A stretch of DNA of 64,000 nt from Candidatus Melainabacteria bacterium 17Bon1m (GCA_032128875.1 JAVLKG010000001.1:192001-256000); one strand, 5' to 3'. Positions 47,808 through 56,680 are shown, counted from the first letter of the stretch. Translations and numbers: made by a program. Notes: generated from the letters alone by a model not told the origin.

Positions 47808-48646
47808 GGATACAGGGCGATAATTGGGATCACATGATTTATGAGCGTTTAGGTAGCGATGGAAATCTCGATTCTTCTTTCTCTCACCTTGATATGGTGC
47901 ATTTGACGGTCGAGATGCTCGGAGAATCTCTTCCCACGTATTTGCGTGAGAATATTTCGAAAATCCAACGAGTCGTGTCTCAAAAAGATTATGCCGATTG
48001 CGATCTAACACATGTAATTATTGATTGGCTTGCTCGCTACTTTAAAGACATGCACGATTCAATGAAATATCCGTACCTAAGTAATCACGAAGAATGGCAA
48101 CATTTAACAGAGACAAATGCAAATATTCCAAATAGTGGCTGTGTATACGTAACATTCCAACTTGGTTTTCCACTTTTAGTGCCGATATTACTGGCGGATT
48201 TATTGAATTCTCCTGTCCGTGCACTTATTCATGATCAAAATCCAAAGGTCGCAAGCTTCTATCAATCGGTTCGGCATAATTTGGATTTTGCGTATGTGAA
48301 CTATTTAGATCCTTATGAGCAGATATCCTTTTTAAAGAGTGGTGGTCTTTTAGTTGCAAATATAGATACGGCTTATCCAGGCACAAGAGTAGAATCAATG
48401 CCGATTTTGAATTCCTGTATTCGTGTCCCATCTGGATTCATTCCACTGGCAAAACGAGCTAAAGCAGCTATATGTCCCGTTTCATTAGTTGCGAACGAAG
48501 GACGCCTTGAGCGTCACTTTGGCTTGCCTATTTGCAGCCAGAAGAACTCGATATTCGAAATACTTAAGTCGCTCTCTGGTTTCTTTGAAACAGTAATCAG
48601 AAAACATCCGGAGCAATGGCTAGCTTGGTCAAGTCTGGAGTTTTAG
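47804..48646 (+). CDS. LpxL/LPLAT-superfamily acyltransferase-like protein (divergent)
   Basis: LKSGGLLVANID, PSGFIPLAKRAKAAICPV, FETVIRKHPEQWLAW; GTGA overlap with the rSAM stop and an AAGGAGG RBS. Confidence 0.7.
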   Translation: MRIQGDNWDHMIYERLGSDGNLDSSFSHLDMVHLTVEMLGESLPTYLRENISKIQRVVSQKDYADCDLTHVIIDWLARYFKDMHDSMKYPYLSNHEEWQHLTETNANIPNSGCVYVTFQLGFPLLVPILLADLLNSPVRALIHDQNPKVASFYQSVRHNLDFAYVNYLDPYEQISFLKSGGLLVANIDTAYPGTRVESMPILNSCIRVPSGFIPLAKRAKAAICPVSLVANEGRLERHFGLPICSQKNSIFEILKSLSGFFETVIRKHPEQWLAWSSLEF

Positions 48647-48671
48647 CATTCAATTAAAAAACGCAAGTTGC

Positions 48672-49196
48672 ATGCAGCACGACAGAGCGATTAGAGAATT
48701 AGTGGTGTACTTTTATCCTGAATTATTTGTCAAACGAATTGGATTTGGCTGCGAGTCTGATGTTTTTCTTGGCACTGATATCTACAGCCACTTGAAGGTC
48801 AAGTATTTCAAATATGAGAGTGACTTTTGTCGTCATTATTTTGGAATACCACTTTTATTAGAAGCATTGAGCGACCTTGGCTATAGTGACTACGTTGACA
48901 TTCCTGGAATTGTCGCCGTTAACAAGGAACTCCTCGCAATCGTGTCACCGTACATATCCGAACAGCAGCGATTTGATTCTAAAGAGTTTGAGTCAAGTAA
49001 GTTGAGAGCGGTAACGGCATTGTTGTGTGCGGCGGGCAGAGTTGTGACATTAACACCTGAAAAGATTGCATTGAAGTTCAATACTCAAGCACACTCAATG
49101 AATGCCTTGGTTGAAGATTTTGTCTTTTCAGGAGTGGATTTCTCGGGCGACAATCTAATGTTTGACGGTGTTCGCTGGTGGGCCATTGATTTCTAG
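48672..49196 (+). CDS. Minimal protein-kinase-like (RIO/APH-like) protein
   Basis: P-loop IGFGCESDVF, KVKYFK, catalytic-loop DFSGDNL, terminal WWAIDF. Confidence 0.65.
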   Translation: MQHDRAIRELVVYFYPELFVKRIGFGCESDVFLGTDIYSHLKVKYFKYESDFCRHYFGIPLLLEALSDLGYSDYVDIPGIVAVNKELLAIVSPYISEQQRFDSKEFESSKLRAVTALLCAAGRVVTLTPEKIALKFNTQAHSMNALVEDFVFSGVDFSGDNLMFDGVRWWAIDF

Positions 49197-49244
49197 CATT
49201 TGTGTCTTCGTGAAATCGTATGATTGAGAGTGCATAGGTATTTG

Positions 49245-49604
49245 TTACCCGATTACAGTTGCCGCGAGCTTTGCACACAGGAACGCTATCGCGATCGCCT
49301 GCTGCTCACTTGTCTTCGTGCGTTTCGCTTCCTTCAGTATCCTCCTAATGCATGCAATTTCTTCACCACAAGGGAACCGAATACACAGCTCGTGTTCAGC
49401 TGCTGTCAGCACTTTGATATACCGCTTCTCGAAACGAGTCAACTTTGGTCGCGATTCAATTTCTTCTCTTATCGCACGGAGTTGTTGCAGTTCTCTCGTC
49501 GTGAGTCGGTTCGGCGGCTCGAGAGATTCCTGCAGGTATTCTTCATCTGTGACAGCGTACGAGCGACCATACGCGGTCGCATAGTTATGCGAAAAGATTT
49601 CCAT
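49245..49604 (-). CDS. Hypothetical protein
   Basis: 119-aa helical ORF converging on the operon. Confidence 0.5.
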   Translation of the reverse strand: MEIFSHNYATAYGRSYAVTDEEYLQESLEPPNRLTTRELQQLRAIREEIESRPKLTRFEKRYIKVLTAAEHELCIRFPCGEEIACIRRILKEAKRTKTSEQQAIAIAFLCAKLAATVIG

Positions 49605-49706
49605 GTCAGACAGTTCTACTTATTAGGGGAAGGCACGCCTGGTGCTGGACGTTAGCACCTTAGCGCGGCAATTTTCAAAAAATCTTGAAATTCCCCAAAG
49701 CGAGAA

Positions 49707-50063
49707 CTAGTTACATTTATCGCCCGTCAGATTAATCCTTGGACCGGCTTGTGCGTCTTCGACAATTTCCATTTTGCAAAGACCATTCGGATTTCGATTA
49801 TTCGCGGCATCGCGCATTGAACTCCAGAGTTGTCTTTCTTGATTGGCGAGTTCATTGAATATGCCTTGAGAGCGTTGGGTCGCGGCGGGGTCGCCGTTCA
49901 GAATTGCCTCGCCGTTTTGACGAAAGTCGTTGAAGTAGTTAGTTGCACCGGGCAGGCTGAGCGTACACTCGTTGATGAGCCGATTAGATGCGTCCCGATT
50001 GCCCGCATTCAATTGTGTTGCGATGGCGTCAATTTGTCCGGGCGAACAAGATCTGTCTGACAT
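49707..50063 (-). CDS. Hypothetical protein
   Basis: 118-aa ORF with an AGAGG RBS-like sequence upstream. Confidence 0.6.
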   Translation of the reverse strand: MSDRSCSPGQIDAIATQLNAGNRDASNRLINECTLSLPGATNYFNDFRQNGEAILNGDPAATQRSQGIFNELANQERQLWSSMRDAANNRNPNGLCKMEIVEDAQAGPRINLTGDKCN

Positions 50064-50196
50064 GAGAAACCTCTAGAAGCTGGCAAGAGTAGTCTTTGCC
50101 CCAACCTACCATGCGGGTATGACATTACCTTGACACGCGTGAATTGGACGTGAACGGCGCGTCGGCGGTGCAAAGGCGGTGAGTTTATGAGTGGAC

Positions 50197-50268
50197 GGGC
50201 GGCATTAAGCCGCCCCTACAAGACCGTTGTGGATAAGCGAGACGGGCGATGCATGGCATCGCCCCTAC
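50197..50268 (-). repeat. Two tandem GTAG-family REP-like palindromes
   Basis: Minus strand reads GTAGGGGCGGCTTAATGCCGCCC (50197-50219) and GTAGGGGCGATGCCATGCATCGCCC (50244-50268). Confidence 0.8.
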
Positions 50269-50324
50269 GGTTTTAAGGAGAGCCCAGAAGACTGCTATGC
50301 TTGCTCAGGAAGTCCCCTTCTTCT

Positions 50325-50363
50325 CTTCTTCTTCTTCTTCTTCTTCTTCTTCTTCTTCTTCTT
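50325..50363 (+). repeat. (CTT)13 microsatellite
   Basis: Thirteen perfect CTT units counted directly. Confidence 0.95.
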
Positions 50364-50384
50364 GCTTTGGAAACCGGAAAACTG

Positions 50385-51524
50385 ATGCCTCGCAATTCCA
50401 TCCTTGCTCTCTTACTAGCGCTGTTCACCGCGCAGTTTCTCTCCTCCTGCTCAATTATGCCGCCGCCACCTGATGATACGAAGGGTGTCGAAGAGTGGCT
50501 TGTGATGCCTATTTTTTTTGCAACCAATCGAGCCTTTGCCGGTAAGAACGGAAGTGTTGACTATTCCGAGGACGAGAGTCCGAACGGTCTTTTGTTTGGC
50601 GTCAAGAACGTGGTAGTGCCCTTTCCCGTTCGTACGCCACTCGAAAAGACGACTGAAGAGCGTATGCAATGGCAGCGTTTCAATATGGACCATGACTCGA
50701 AGAAGCTGAAAGTCATTCCTCCTCCCCCTGCGCTCTGCAAAGTCACAGATTCGACGTTTTCCAAAGAAGAAATGGTTGCGGCGCTGGATGCGTACCGAAA
50801 GAGAGCAGGAAGTCTTGAATCAGTAGTGTTCGTCCACGGATGCTGTGCAACTTTTGAAACATCGGCTCTGAGAGCGGCTAAGCTTGCGACACACATGCAG
50901 GTTCCGGTGCTTTTATATGATTGGGTTTCACCAAAGGGGTTCAAAAACTACCTGAAGAACGAGACTTTGGCAGAGCAGTCTGTCGATGGTTTTCTTTCCG
51001 CTCTGAATGCTTCTGAGAAAATCCTGGGTGCCAAAAATATGACCTTGGTTGGACACAGCATGGGTGCGTTCATTCTTGACCATGCTCTCTTGCGCAGGAA
51101 GGCACAGGGCGACGCCGCAGCTCCGGAAAAATTCAGCGAGTTGATAATGTCTAATGCCGATACCGATGGAAAGACCTTTCTGAATCATGCGCGCGATTTT
51201 GCCTCGAATGCGAAAATCACGCGAGTCTATTTTTCCAGATCCGATGACCGGCTGAAATATTCTGCGTACTCTCATGGGGATTTTAAGCGGCTTGGTCTGC
51301 CAGGAACGCTTGCTCAAGCGTTGGCTAAAGTTCCTGGGATACAAATGATTGACGTAACCGCAAGCAAAACGAATCACGAGCTCCCATTTTGGCTCGTATC
51401 TAACATGCACCGCTTCGGGAATGTCGGACCAGTCAACGATTTTGTTCTGAATAAGAACGCTAATGGACTTTTTGAATTGGAGCGAACAGTGTCACCACTT
51501 ATGGAGCCTTCCGGCTTAGAGTGA
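50385..51524 (+). CDS. DUF900-type alpha/beta hydrolase lipoprotein
   Basis: Lipobox LSSC, IFFATNR, VVFVHG, GHSMG. ATG 50385 is preferred; the ORF track starts at 50301. Confidence 0.85.
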   Translation: MPRNSILALLLALFTAQFLSSCSIMPPPPDDTKGVEEWLVMPIFFATNRAFAGKNGSVDYSEDESPNGLLFGVKNVVVPFPVRTPLEKTTEERMQWQRFNMDHDSKKLKVIPPPPALCKVTDSTFSKEEMVAALDAYRKRAGSLESVVFVHGCCATFETSALRAAKLATHMQVPVLLYDWVSPKGFKNYLKNETLAEQSVDGFLSALNASEKILGAKNMTLVGHSMGAFILDHALLRRKAQGDAAAPEKFSELIMSNADTDGKTFLNHARDFASNAKITRVYFSRSDDRLKYSAYSHGDFKRLGLPGTLAQALAKVPGIQMIDVTASKTNHELPFWLVSNMHRFGNVGPVNDFVLNKNANGLFELERTVSPLMEPSGLE

Positions 51525-51582
51525 CTTGAGCTAGGAGCGCAGTCGCTACGGACCAGATTTGGATGCGATGGAGAAAGCTGCT

Positions 51583-52359
51583 CTACCTGCTGCCGTCGCC
51601 GCCGATATAGTGCAAAATCATTTCGTGCCAATACGGCCAATCGTGCGCGAACCCATCCCAGATGCGATAGGCGTGCGGTATGTTTCGCTCGTTCAAAGCA
51701 GCGTCAAACAATTGGTTGCCATAAAACAGCGGGTCTGTTTCACCAATCGCAAAAATGATGTCGAGCTTCTTCAGCATTTCAACGTGCTTGTCGGAAGCAG
51801 CCTTCACTAATTCGGTCGGATCGCATTCTCGAATAATGTCATCGTAATAATCGTGTATCCATGAAAACACATTGTATGGATCCGCCATTTGATGCATGTC
51901 GTACGGACCGCTCAATCCAATTGTTCGATTGAAACTTTGTGGAAAACGCATGGCGATATCAATTGCATGGTACCCGCCCATGCTCGCGCCCAGTGCAATT
52001 ACATAGTCATTGGAGTTCTTCTTCTTCGTAAAGGGAAGTACCTCCTCGATAATGTATTTGTGATACGCAAGGTGTCTCAGTGCACGATCTTTTGGAGGCG
52101 CATCGAAGTTCCACCAGCTTTCAAAATCAACGCTATCAACACAATAGACTTGAATCCAGCCTTGCTCAATGTGATGACCGAAAGTTTCGATCATCCCACG
52201 ATTTTCCCAATCGAAAAATCGACCGCATGACGTGGGGAAAACAATCACTCGCGCTCCGGCATGTCCGAAGCTAAGCAGCTCCATCTCTCGGTTGAGACTG
52301 TCGCTGTGCCATTTATGATATTCGCGGTTCAGTTCCACTTTGGTTGTTGCAGTTTGCAT
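51583..52359 (-). CDS. Putative esterase (alpha/beta hydrolase)
   Basis: GASMGGYHA nucleophile elbow, FGHAG..VIVFPTS, HDWPYW. Confidence 0.88.
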   Translation of the reverse strand: MQTATTKVELNREYHKWHSDSLNREMELLSFGHAGARVIVFPTSCGRFFDWENRGMIETFGHHIEQGWIQVYCVDSVDFESWWNFDAPPKDRALRHLAYHKYIIEEVLPFTKKKNSNDYVIALGASMGGYHAIDIAMRFPQSFNRTIGLSGPYDMHQMADPYNVFSWIHDYYDDIIRECDPTELVKAASDKHVEMLKKLDIIFAIGETDPLFYGNQLFDAALNERNIPHAYRIWDGFAHDWPYWHEMILHYIGGDGSR

Positions 52360-52422
52360 TGCTATGGTCTTTCTAGTTGCGATGTCTCAAGTTGCATTGC
52401 TCAAATAGCTGTGTCGCTGTGA

Positions 52423-53406
52423 CTACTTACGACGTTCTATTTGATTACGTCTTTCTTGCCGATTTCGTCTTTCAATTTGCTTGGTGTAAAAGCTCAATTC
52501 TGTTTCGAGGCTGCCGATTTTGTCTGGTACTACCAGCGATGCCTCAGCGTTTTCCGCTTCAGGCGATGCGCCTGGTGTCGGTGCCGGTGCCAGCAAGTTG
52601 TAGCCGCAAAGTCGGCAGAATGTCGAGTCGCGTTCGTGCGATGTTTCTCCGCATTTCTTGCACACTGGTCCTGGGTTGTTGACCTGATTCAACTGCACGG
52701 AGACGATACCGGTGGGCACCGCGATGATTGCATAACCGAGCATCATTACGATGCAAGACAAGAATTGTCCGAGCGGAGTCTTAGGCGACATGTCGCCGTA
52801 ACCTACCGTGGTCAGTGTGACAATCGCCCAGTAAATGCTGATTGGAATGTTGGAGAATCCGTGCTCTTCTCCTTCCACCACGTACATCAATGCGCCAACG
52901 ATTACTACTATCGCGACAATCGCTGCGGCGAACACTGTAATTTTCGGCAGGCTCATTTGCAGCGCGCGCTTAAGCGCTTCTGCCTCATGCAAGAAGCGTG
53001 CTAATTTCAAAATGCGGAAGATGCGCATGAGACGCAAAATGCGCACAATCATCAGATAGTGCGCATCGTGAGAAAACAGTGCAATGTAAGTGGGCAACAC
53101 TGACAGTAAATCGACGATGCCGAAAAAGCTCTTTGCGTATCCCCATCTATTCGGTGCGCAAATGAGCCGTAGCGCATACTCAACTGTGAATATTGCAGTT
53201 ATTCCAATTTCTAAACCGAAGAAAAGATCGCCATATCGTTCGCGCAGAGAATGGACGCTGTTCAGCATCACTGTTGCAACGGACGTCACGATGACGGCGA
53301 TTAACACAAGGTCGAACGCTCGACCCATGCGTGTGTTTGATTCGAAAACTGTTTGGTAGAGTGCTCGACGCCAGCCTTGGGTGGGCGGAGCTAATTTTGG
53401 TGCCAC
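52423..53406 (-). CDS. 6-TM voltage-gated potassium channel (ion transporter) with C-terminal zinc ribbon
   Basis: S4 segment RILRLMRIFRILK, filter TTVGYGD, CKKC...CRLC. Confidence 0.93.
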   Translation of the reverse strand: MAPKLAPPTQGWRRALYQTVFESNTRMGRAFDLVLIAVIVTSVATVMLNSVHSLRERYGDLFFGLEIGITAIFTVEYALRLICAPNRWGYAKSFFGIVDLLSVLPTYIALFSHDAHYLMIVRILRLMRIFRILKLARFLHEAEALKRALQMSLPKITVFAAAIVAIVVIVGALMYVVEGEEHGFSNIPISIYWAIVTLTTVGYGDMSPKTPLGQFLSCIVMMLGYAIIAVPTGIVSVQLNQVNNPGPVCKKCGETSHERDSTFCRLCGYNLLAPAPTPGASPEAENAEASLVVPDKIGSLETELSFYTKQIERRNRQERRNQIERRK

Positions 53407-53694
53407 GGTACTTATATATGTAGGGATTCCGCTTACGACCGCCTATTGTAAGGCCGCACTGCGGTAAGTTAATGACATCGTAAGGTTTATGAATTGGGTT
53501 TCAACCAGTCCCCCCTCGCAAATGGGCGGTCCTCGCGGCAATCCCACCTACTTTGTCAGCCTGTTTTGGTTATTAGAAGTGAATCTACTGTCTCTGATTG
53601 GTAAGTAGCGCTCTGTTTCCGCCTACCGCTCTGCACAATTGCACATTCAATTTAATCGGCTGTTTTGTTCAAATAAGTGCTGAATGAACACTCC

Positions 53695-53732
53695 TTGCAG
53701 CGATTTTGGTGTTGTTATACAATGTGTTATAC
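53695..53732 (+). promoter_or_regulatory. Sigma70 promoter with overlapping direct-repeat operator for the TA operon
   Basis: TTGCAG (53695-53700), 17-bp spacer, TACAAT (53718-53723); TGTTATAC repeated at 53713 and 53725. Confidence 0.65.
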
Positions 53733-53745
53733 GGGAGCCGCGTAA

Positions 53746-54021
53746 TTGGTAGAAGGCTATCGAATCATCGGAAGTGCCTTTAAGCATGGCATTACGGAGT
53801 TTGAGATTGACTACGTCCTGAGCGACAAAAACCCGACTCGTCGCTCTTATGAAATGCATGATGACGAGGATGGTAACGCTCAGGATATGTACGTTGCGCA
53901 TACCGGCACTCGACCGTGGCCGATTGAGGTAGCTGTTTCCTACGGTACAAGCGAGAACATAGTGTTTCACGCCTCCAAAGTATCTTCTAAGTTCGAGGAG
54001 TTGTATAAATCGGAACCATGA
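53746..54021 (+). CDS. Putative type II toxin (BrnT/RelE-like fold)
   Basis: 91 aa; SAFKHGI...IEV...VFHA pattern; ATGA overlap with the next gene. Confidence 0.65.
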   Translation: MVEGYRIIGSAFKHGITEFEIDYVLSDKNPTRRSYEMHDDEDGNAQDMYVAHTGTRPWPIEVAVSYGTSENIVFHASKVSSKFEELYKSEP

Positions 54022-54491
54022 CGAAGGAAAAGAGAACTAGCCGTATGTCCCCAGAAGAGCGTGCGCAGCGCCGTTCTGCCGTAGGTAGCATGGCGTCGGA
54101 GAAACTTGCGAAGAGTGAACAATTGAACTTTCGACTTGATGAGCAGTCAATTTTGGACCTGAACCAATTGGCCTTTGAGAAGAATATGCCCGTTGGCACA
54201 ATGGTCAGAGAATGGGTGCTGCAACGTCTTTCACAGGAAAAGCTTGGAGCTCCTGAATTGACTGGTGTTGCTATGCAGACGTTGAATGAGATACATGTCA
54301 AGCTCAGCAATCTCTTTGGAAAACCGCTGCCATTGCCTGACGAGAAGCGCGTTTCAGAGTGCGCACCTGTAGTCGATTATTTACCAATGGATCCTTCCGT
54401 AAACCTTCAGGCTTGGGAATACCTATTGAGCAAACAGCTGGATTTTGTTCGAGATCAACTTCAGAAGGTCGAACGCAAAAAGCGGCAATGA
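54018..54491 (+). CDS. Putative antitoxin with ribbon-helix-helix (CopG-like) domain
   Basis: EQLNFRLDEQSILDLNQLAFEKNMPVGTMVREWV RHH pattern. Confidence 0.7.
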   Translation: MTKEKRTSRMSPEERAQRRSAVGSMASEKLAKSEQLNFRLDEQSILDLNQLAFEKNMPVGTMVREWVLQRLSQEKLGAPELTGVAMQTLNEIHVKLSNLFGKPLPLPDEKRVSECAPVVDYLPMDPSVNLQAWEYLLSKQLDFVRDQLQKVERKKRQ

Positions 54492-54696
54492 ACTGATTTC
54501 GTCCCCTGGGGGCTCATCGCATATCCAAGGGATTGCCATTTCGGAGGGTTTTTCGAGAATTTATAGGCTCCGGCGTAAATCAATATGGGTTACCCCTACT
54601 GTTTCTGGGTGGAAAGGCCCGTACACTGGGCATCTTAGGAGAAATAACCTAAATCTCATTTGAATCCAATGGCGTAGCGTTGGACGGGAGTTTTAC

Positions 54697-55920
54697 ATGC
54701 TTACAAAAAATCGCGATAACGATGTCCTGTCGTTGCTTTTGACAGGCGCGCGGATTATCGAGCTCAGCACGCTTGAGGAGGGATATGCATCCTCTGCTCG
54801 CCTCAGCACGCCTTTGCACAAGGTTTTGGTCATGCTCAGGCATGTCAGTCAGTACACGATGGACAAGGCTTTGGCGGCAGAGACCATGGTACGGGAGAAT
54901 CAGATTTCGACGGACATTGCCGTTAAAGCTCTTCGTATTGCGACCACGCAACAGCTCTCTTTCGAGGATGCTCTGGCATCGTTGGGCGATGAGCACAAGA
55001 AAACCAACAATATGCCGAGCGCGTCCAACGAAATTTGTGACCTGCTCGTTGAAGCTGGAATCATCAATAACGAGCAGATTGGTCGCGCCTTGAGCACGTC
55101 ACTCGAAACCGGCATGCAGATGGGACGCATTCTGGTGTTCAATCGTGATGTCACGACCAACGTTATGAAAGCAGCGCTTACGTGCTGCATGATGTTGCAG
55201 GATGAAAAGCTCGGATACGCATCAGCTGTCGAGGCGGTGCAGTCTGTTCGTAAGACAAATAAGACTGTGGAAGAAACATTCTTCAGGCTCAATATCCATC
55301 ACGAAGAGCCCGGTCAAGGTCCAAAATTATACGAATTGTTCGCAATGGCTGGTTTTGTGTCGGACACTGACATGATGGAGTGTCTCGAGATTCACGTTTT
55401 GCGTGGAAGGCAACTAGGTCACATTTTCATTGAACAAGGTTTTGTGAAACATGAGGCTGTTGAAAACGCCATTACTTTGCAGGGCATGATCACTAGTGGT
55501 GCAATCAAGGCATATCAGGCTGCGGAAGCGCTTAAGAACGCTAACTTGAAGCAGATATCGATCTATCATGCGCTTGGCGAATTGGACCCACCGGCGGTGC
55601 CACCCACACCCACGTTGACGTTCGGACAGCTTTTGATTTCTTCCGGGATTGTTCATCCCGAGATGATGGAAGGTTTGATGGGCGGCATGGAACTCAATGC
55701 CCGTCAGCTTGCGAAGAAGGCATTGTCTGCGGGATATCTCACAGACAAGTCGTGTGTTACAGCGTTGCGTTGTTACTCGCTAAACAGTGAAGGATTCATC
55801 TCGAACAAGCAATGCGCTGAAATTCTCAAACAATGTGCGACACATGATTTGAACCTTGACGAACAGCTCGCTAAGGGCGGGCATTTTGTGCCGAATCGAA
55901 TGCACTGGATTTGGCGTTAG
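54697..55920 (+). CDS. Tandem MshEN-like repeat protein, paralog B
   Basis: Collinear with 43340-44560 over the full length (e.g. RQLGHIFIEQGFVKHEAVENAITLQ). Confidence 0.78.
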   Translation: MLTKNRDNDVLSLLLTGARIIELSTLEEGYASSARLSTPLHKVLVMLRHVSQYTMDKALAAETMVRENQISTDIAVKALRIATTQQLSFEDALASLGDEHKKTNNMPSASNEICDLLVEAGIINNEQIGRALSTSLETGMQMGRILVFNRDVTTNVMKAALTCCMMLQDEKLGYASAVEAVQSVRKTNKTVEETFFRLNIHHEEPGQGPKLYELFAMAGFVSDTDMMECLEIHVLRGRQLGHIFIEQGFVKHEAVENAITLQGMITSGAIKAYQAAEALKNANLKQISIYHALGELDPPAVPPTPTLTFGQLLISSGIVHPEMMEGLMGGMELNARQLAKKALSAGYLTDKSCVTALRCYSLNSEGFISNKQCAEILKQCATHDLNLDEQLAKGGHFVPNRMHWIWR

Positions 55921-55974
55921 ATAGGGGCGCCGCATGCGGCTCCCTGACCTGGGAAGCACATGAGCCTCCCTTAC
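55921..55974. repeat. Degenerate inverted REP-like pair
   Basis: ATAGGGGCGCCGCATGCGGCTCCC ... GGGAAGCACATGAGCCTCCCTTAC. Confidence 0.55.
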
Positions 55975-56016
55975 AGAAGACGAAGTGCACACAGCTATAA
56001 AGTTTCGCCACGAACG

Positions 56017-56046
56017 AAGAGGAGACCGGTTACCCAGTCTCCTCTT
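56017..56046. terminator. Probable bidirectional terminator
   Basis: AAGAGGAGAC-CGGTTACCCA-GTCTCCTCTT between convergent genes. Confidence 0.65.
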
Positions 56047-56077
56047 TGTCGCCGTTACAGCTTTATTTGTATGTTTC

Positions 56078-56284
56078 CTATTTAGCAGCGCTCGGTGGTG
56101 CTGCTTGTTCTTTCTCTTGAGGTTGAATCTCAATCTTCTTTGACTCAGCAGGCTGCGGTGCCGGTGCTGGGTGCAATTCGCCAATGGTCGGTGGTGCTAC
56201 CGGCTTAGGCGCATCGCTGTTCTGAGCCATAGCTGCAGAACCAATGAATGCAGTTACTACTGCTAAAGAAAGAATTGTTTTCAT
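56078..56284 (-). CDS. Small secreted Pro/Ala-rich protein
   Basis: Signal peptide MKTILSLAVVTAFIGSAAMA; GGAG RBS upstream. Confidence 0.7.
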   Translation of the reverse strand: MKTILSLAVVTAFIGSAAMAQNSDAPKPVAPPTIGELHPAPAPQPAESKKIEIQPQEKEQAAPPSAAK

Positions 56285-56680
56285 ATGCGGTTTGTCTCCG
56301 TTCGTTGGAATGCACGCATTGTGCCTCGCTGATTTGCGGTGGTCAACTTTGCGAACGTAAACGCGAGACGAACTGAATTTCATCTGGGAACATTTTGGAA
56401 AAACGTGTCGTCCTTGGCGCGGCCTGTGCCGCTCGTCTGGGAAATTTTTCCATCAAATTCTCTGTATCGCCCAACCGGAGATGCTGATCGTAGGCGTCTC
56501 TTGTCTCGGCTAGTTGGCGGTGATCAATGCGTCACTTTATTGTGTTTTTCTAAGGTTGCACGCGAAAACACCAGGTGAGCGATTGACACTTATTTGCGGA
56601 GCAAAGAATATCACTAATATGAGTTACCTCCACGCTTGATTAGTAGAAGTGAAACAGTGCGTCGGTGAGCTGCCGACGCC

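Noticed and set aside
50249-50527. Poly-Ser and poly-Arg ORFs
   Set aside because: These are alternative-frame readings of the (CTT)13 tract.
43340-55920. Prophage, ICE or composite transposon
   Set aside because: No integrase, transposase, tRNA att site or phage genes; the flanks are diverged paralogs, not IS copies.
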